From Ranitomeya imitator (lineage: Eukaryota): a stretch of 64,000 nucleotides of DNA. Below are positions 62,809 through 64,000 of the stretch, one piece after another. The position numbers were made by a program, and so were the translations under genes. Every line of letters begins with the position of its first letter. Positions within the stretch are counted from its first letter, which is position 1. The notes below the pieces were generated by a model that did no database searches, had not been told where the DNA came from, and saw only the letters and a program-made list of their open reading frames with translations. The stretch spans positions 700,476,001 through 700,540,000 of the forward strand of contig NC_091284.1 in the NCBI RefSeq assembly GCF_032444005.1, written 5' to 3'.

Positions 62809-64000
62809 TCACAAATATGGGACAAAAGAGATATTCTCATTTAGCCCCTTAGGACTGATGGTCTGAAGAGTCCAGATCCATCTAGTCTCTATTTGGGCTA
62901 AACGTTTGCTGAGATTACCTCCCCTAATGTTGACATTCAAAAGATCAATACCCCGGACCTTAAGTCCAGTGGAATCGCAGTCGTGGAATTCCCAAAAATG
63001 CCTAGGTAAAGTCTTGAGGGTGGATGAGTCCGTGCAGGTAGTGGCCGCCTGAATCCCAAGGACGTGTTCTCTAATCCTTACCTTGAGCTGACGTGTCGTC
63101 AGCCCAATGTAGATAAGTCCGCAAGGACAGGTGGCGTAATAAATTACGTACCTAGAGACACACGTTATATTCTGTCTAATGTTGTATACCTTAGTACCCC
63201 CAGAATCCACAAAGGAGGTACATCTCTCAACATTGGGGCAGGCAACACACCTTCCGCACGGAACACACCCACCCCCTGGCCGCATCAAATCCAAAAATGT
63301 AGGGACTGATTTACTCACATAATGACTACGTGTAAGGCAGTCACGAAGATTTTTAGCCCGTCGGAATGAAATTGCGGGGCAATCTGGCAGAAATTTACCG
63401 ATTATAGGGTCGACTTTTAAAATGGGCCAAGCCCTACTCAGTGCCATACGTATCCTCTCATGTTGAGGATTATACGATGTCACAAACCTCACCATACCGC
63501 CATTTTTGGATTGTTTCAATGTACGATTGTACAAAAGGTTATTACGAATCGAGTGTTTAGCACGATGGTATGCATGCTTAACACTACGGCGGCTATACCC
63601 CCTAGATAGAAAGCGTAATTTCAGTTCCTCCGCCCTCGCCTCAAAATCGGCATCAGTAGAGCAGATCCGACGAAGGCGGAGGAACTGACCCACTGGGACA
63701 GCCCGAATCATATGGCGCGGGTGGCAGGAAGTAGCATGCAGCAGAGTGTTGGTAGCTGTCTGTTTTCTGAAAATATCGGTCTGTAAGAGACCAAATTCAT
63801 CCTTGTGAATGGTCACATCAAGAAAATCTATTCTCTCACTATCCCACACCGGGGTAAGACGAATGTTGAGATCATTGTCATTCAAAAGAGATATAAACTG
63901 AGCAAGGTCGACGGCCGTGCCCTGCCAGATGAAGAAGATATCGTCAATGTAGCGTGTCCATAGAAGGACACGCTCCATTGACCCCTGTTCGTCTGACAGG
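62809..64000 (-). CDS. Penelope-like RT (C-terminal half) + GIY-YIG endonuclease, 5'-partial; frame open to the window edge
   Basis: WTRYIDDIF, Cys-rich linker CVPCGRCVAC, VIYYATCPCGLIYIGLT..R..EH, terminal GLN. No stops in about 396 codons. Confidence 0.93.
   Translation of the reverse strand, partial: LSDEQGSMERVLLWTRYIDDIFFIWQGTAVDLAQFISLLNDNDLNIRLTPVWDSERIDFLDVTIHKDEFGLLQTDIFRKQTATNTLLHATSCHPRHMIRAVPVGQFLRLRRICSTDADFEARAEELKLRFLSRGYSRRSVKHAYHRAKHSIRNNLLYNRTLKQSKNGGMVRFVTSYNPQHERIRMALSRAWPILKVDPIIGKFLPDCPAISFRRAKNLRDCLTRSHYVSKSVPTFLDLMRPGGGCVPCGRCVACPNVERCTSFVDSGGTKVYNIRQNITCVSRYVIYYATCPCGLIYIGLTTRQLKVRIREHVLGIQAATTCTDSSTLKTLPRHFWEFHDCDSTGLKVRGIDLLNVNIRGGNLSKRLAQIETRWIWTLQTISPKGLNENISFVPYL

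Larger units (their letters stand above)
61637..64000 (-). mobile_element. Penelope-like element (probably Neptune-type), 3' part
   Basis: RT + GIY-YIG ORF, then about 1.2 kb of non-coding 3' region with a hammerhead and AATAAA (61687-92 on -). The junction with the L1 is inferred. Confidence 0.88.

Overview
This is eukaryotic DNA, probably anuran (inferred from the T2/Kolobok-type and Harbinger-type MITEs, Tc1 elements and sushi-like Ty3/Gypsy elements); no CRISPR array or operon-like organisation was seen. One host gene is present and the ORF track misses it: the 3' half of an SLC26 anion transporter, best matching slc26a10. It has 11 small + strand exons (990 nt, 329 aa + stop) across 8872-58953, all with GT-AG introns and an unbroken frame. 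Most of the rest is transposable elements. There are three full-length chromodomain Ty3/Gypsy elements of different subfamilies plus a near-identical partial copy at the left edge, and seven Tc1 elements, two of them about 99% identical copies with intact DD34E transposases. Also present are two Helitrons, many MITEs, solo LTRs, CR1/L2/L1 fragments, minisatellites, and a Penelope-like element at the right edge. Three signals stand out. (1) In all three Gypsy subfamilies the primer-binding site is not tRNA-like; it is the exact complement of a 9-10-mer about 30 nt downstream of the LTR TATA box, and the two sites co-vary, which points to Tf1-style self-primed reverse transcription. (2) All three elements have 6-bp target-site duplications. 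(3) A minimal type I hammerhead ribozyme with a palindromic stem III lies in the Penelope-like 3' region. Coordinates and difference counts were read by eye.
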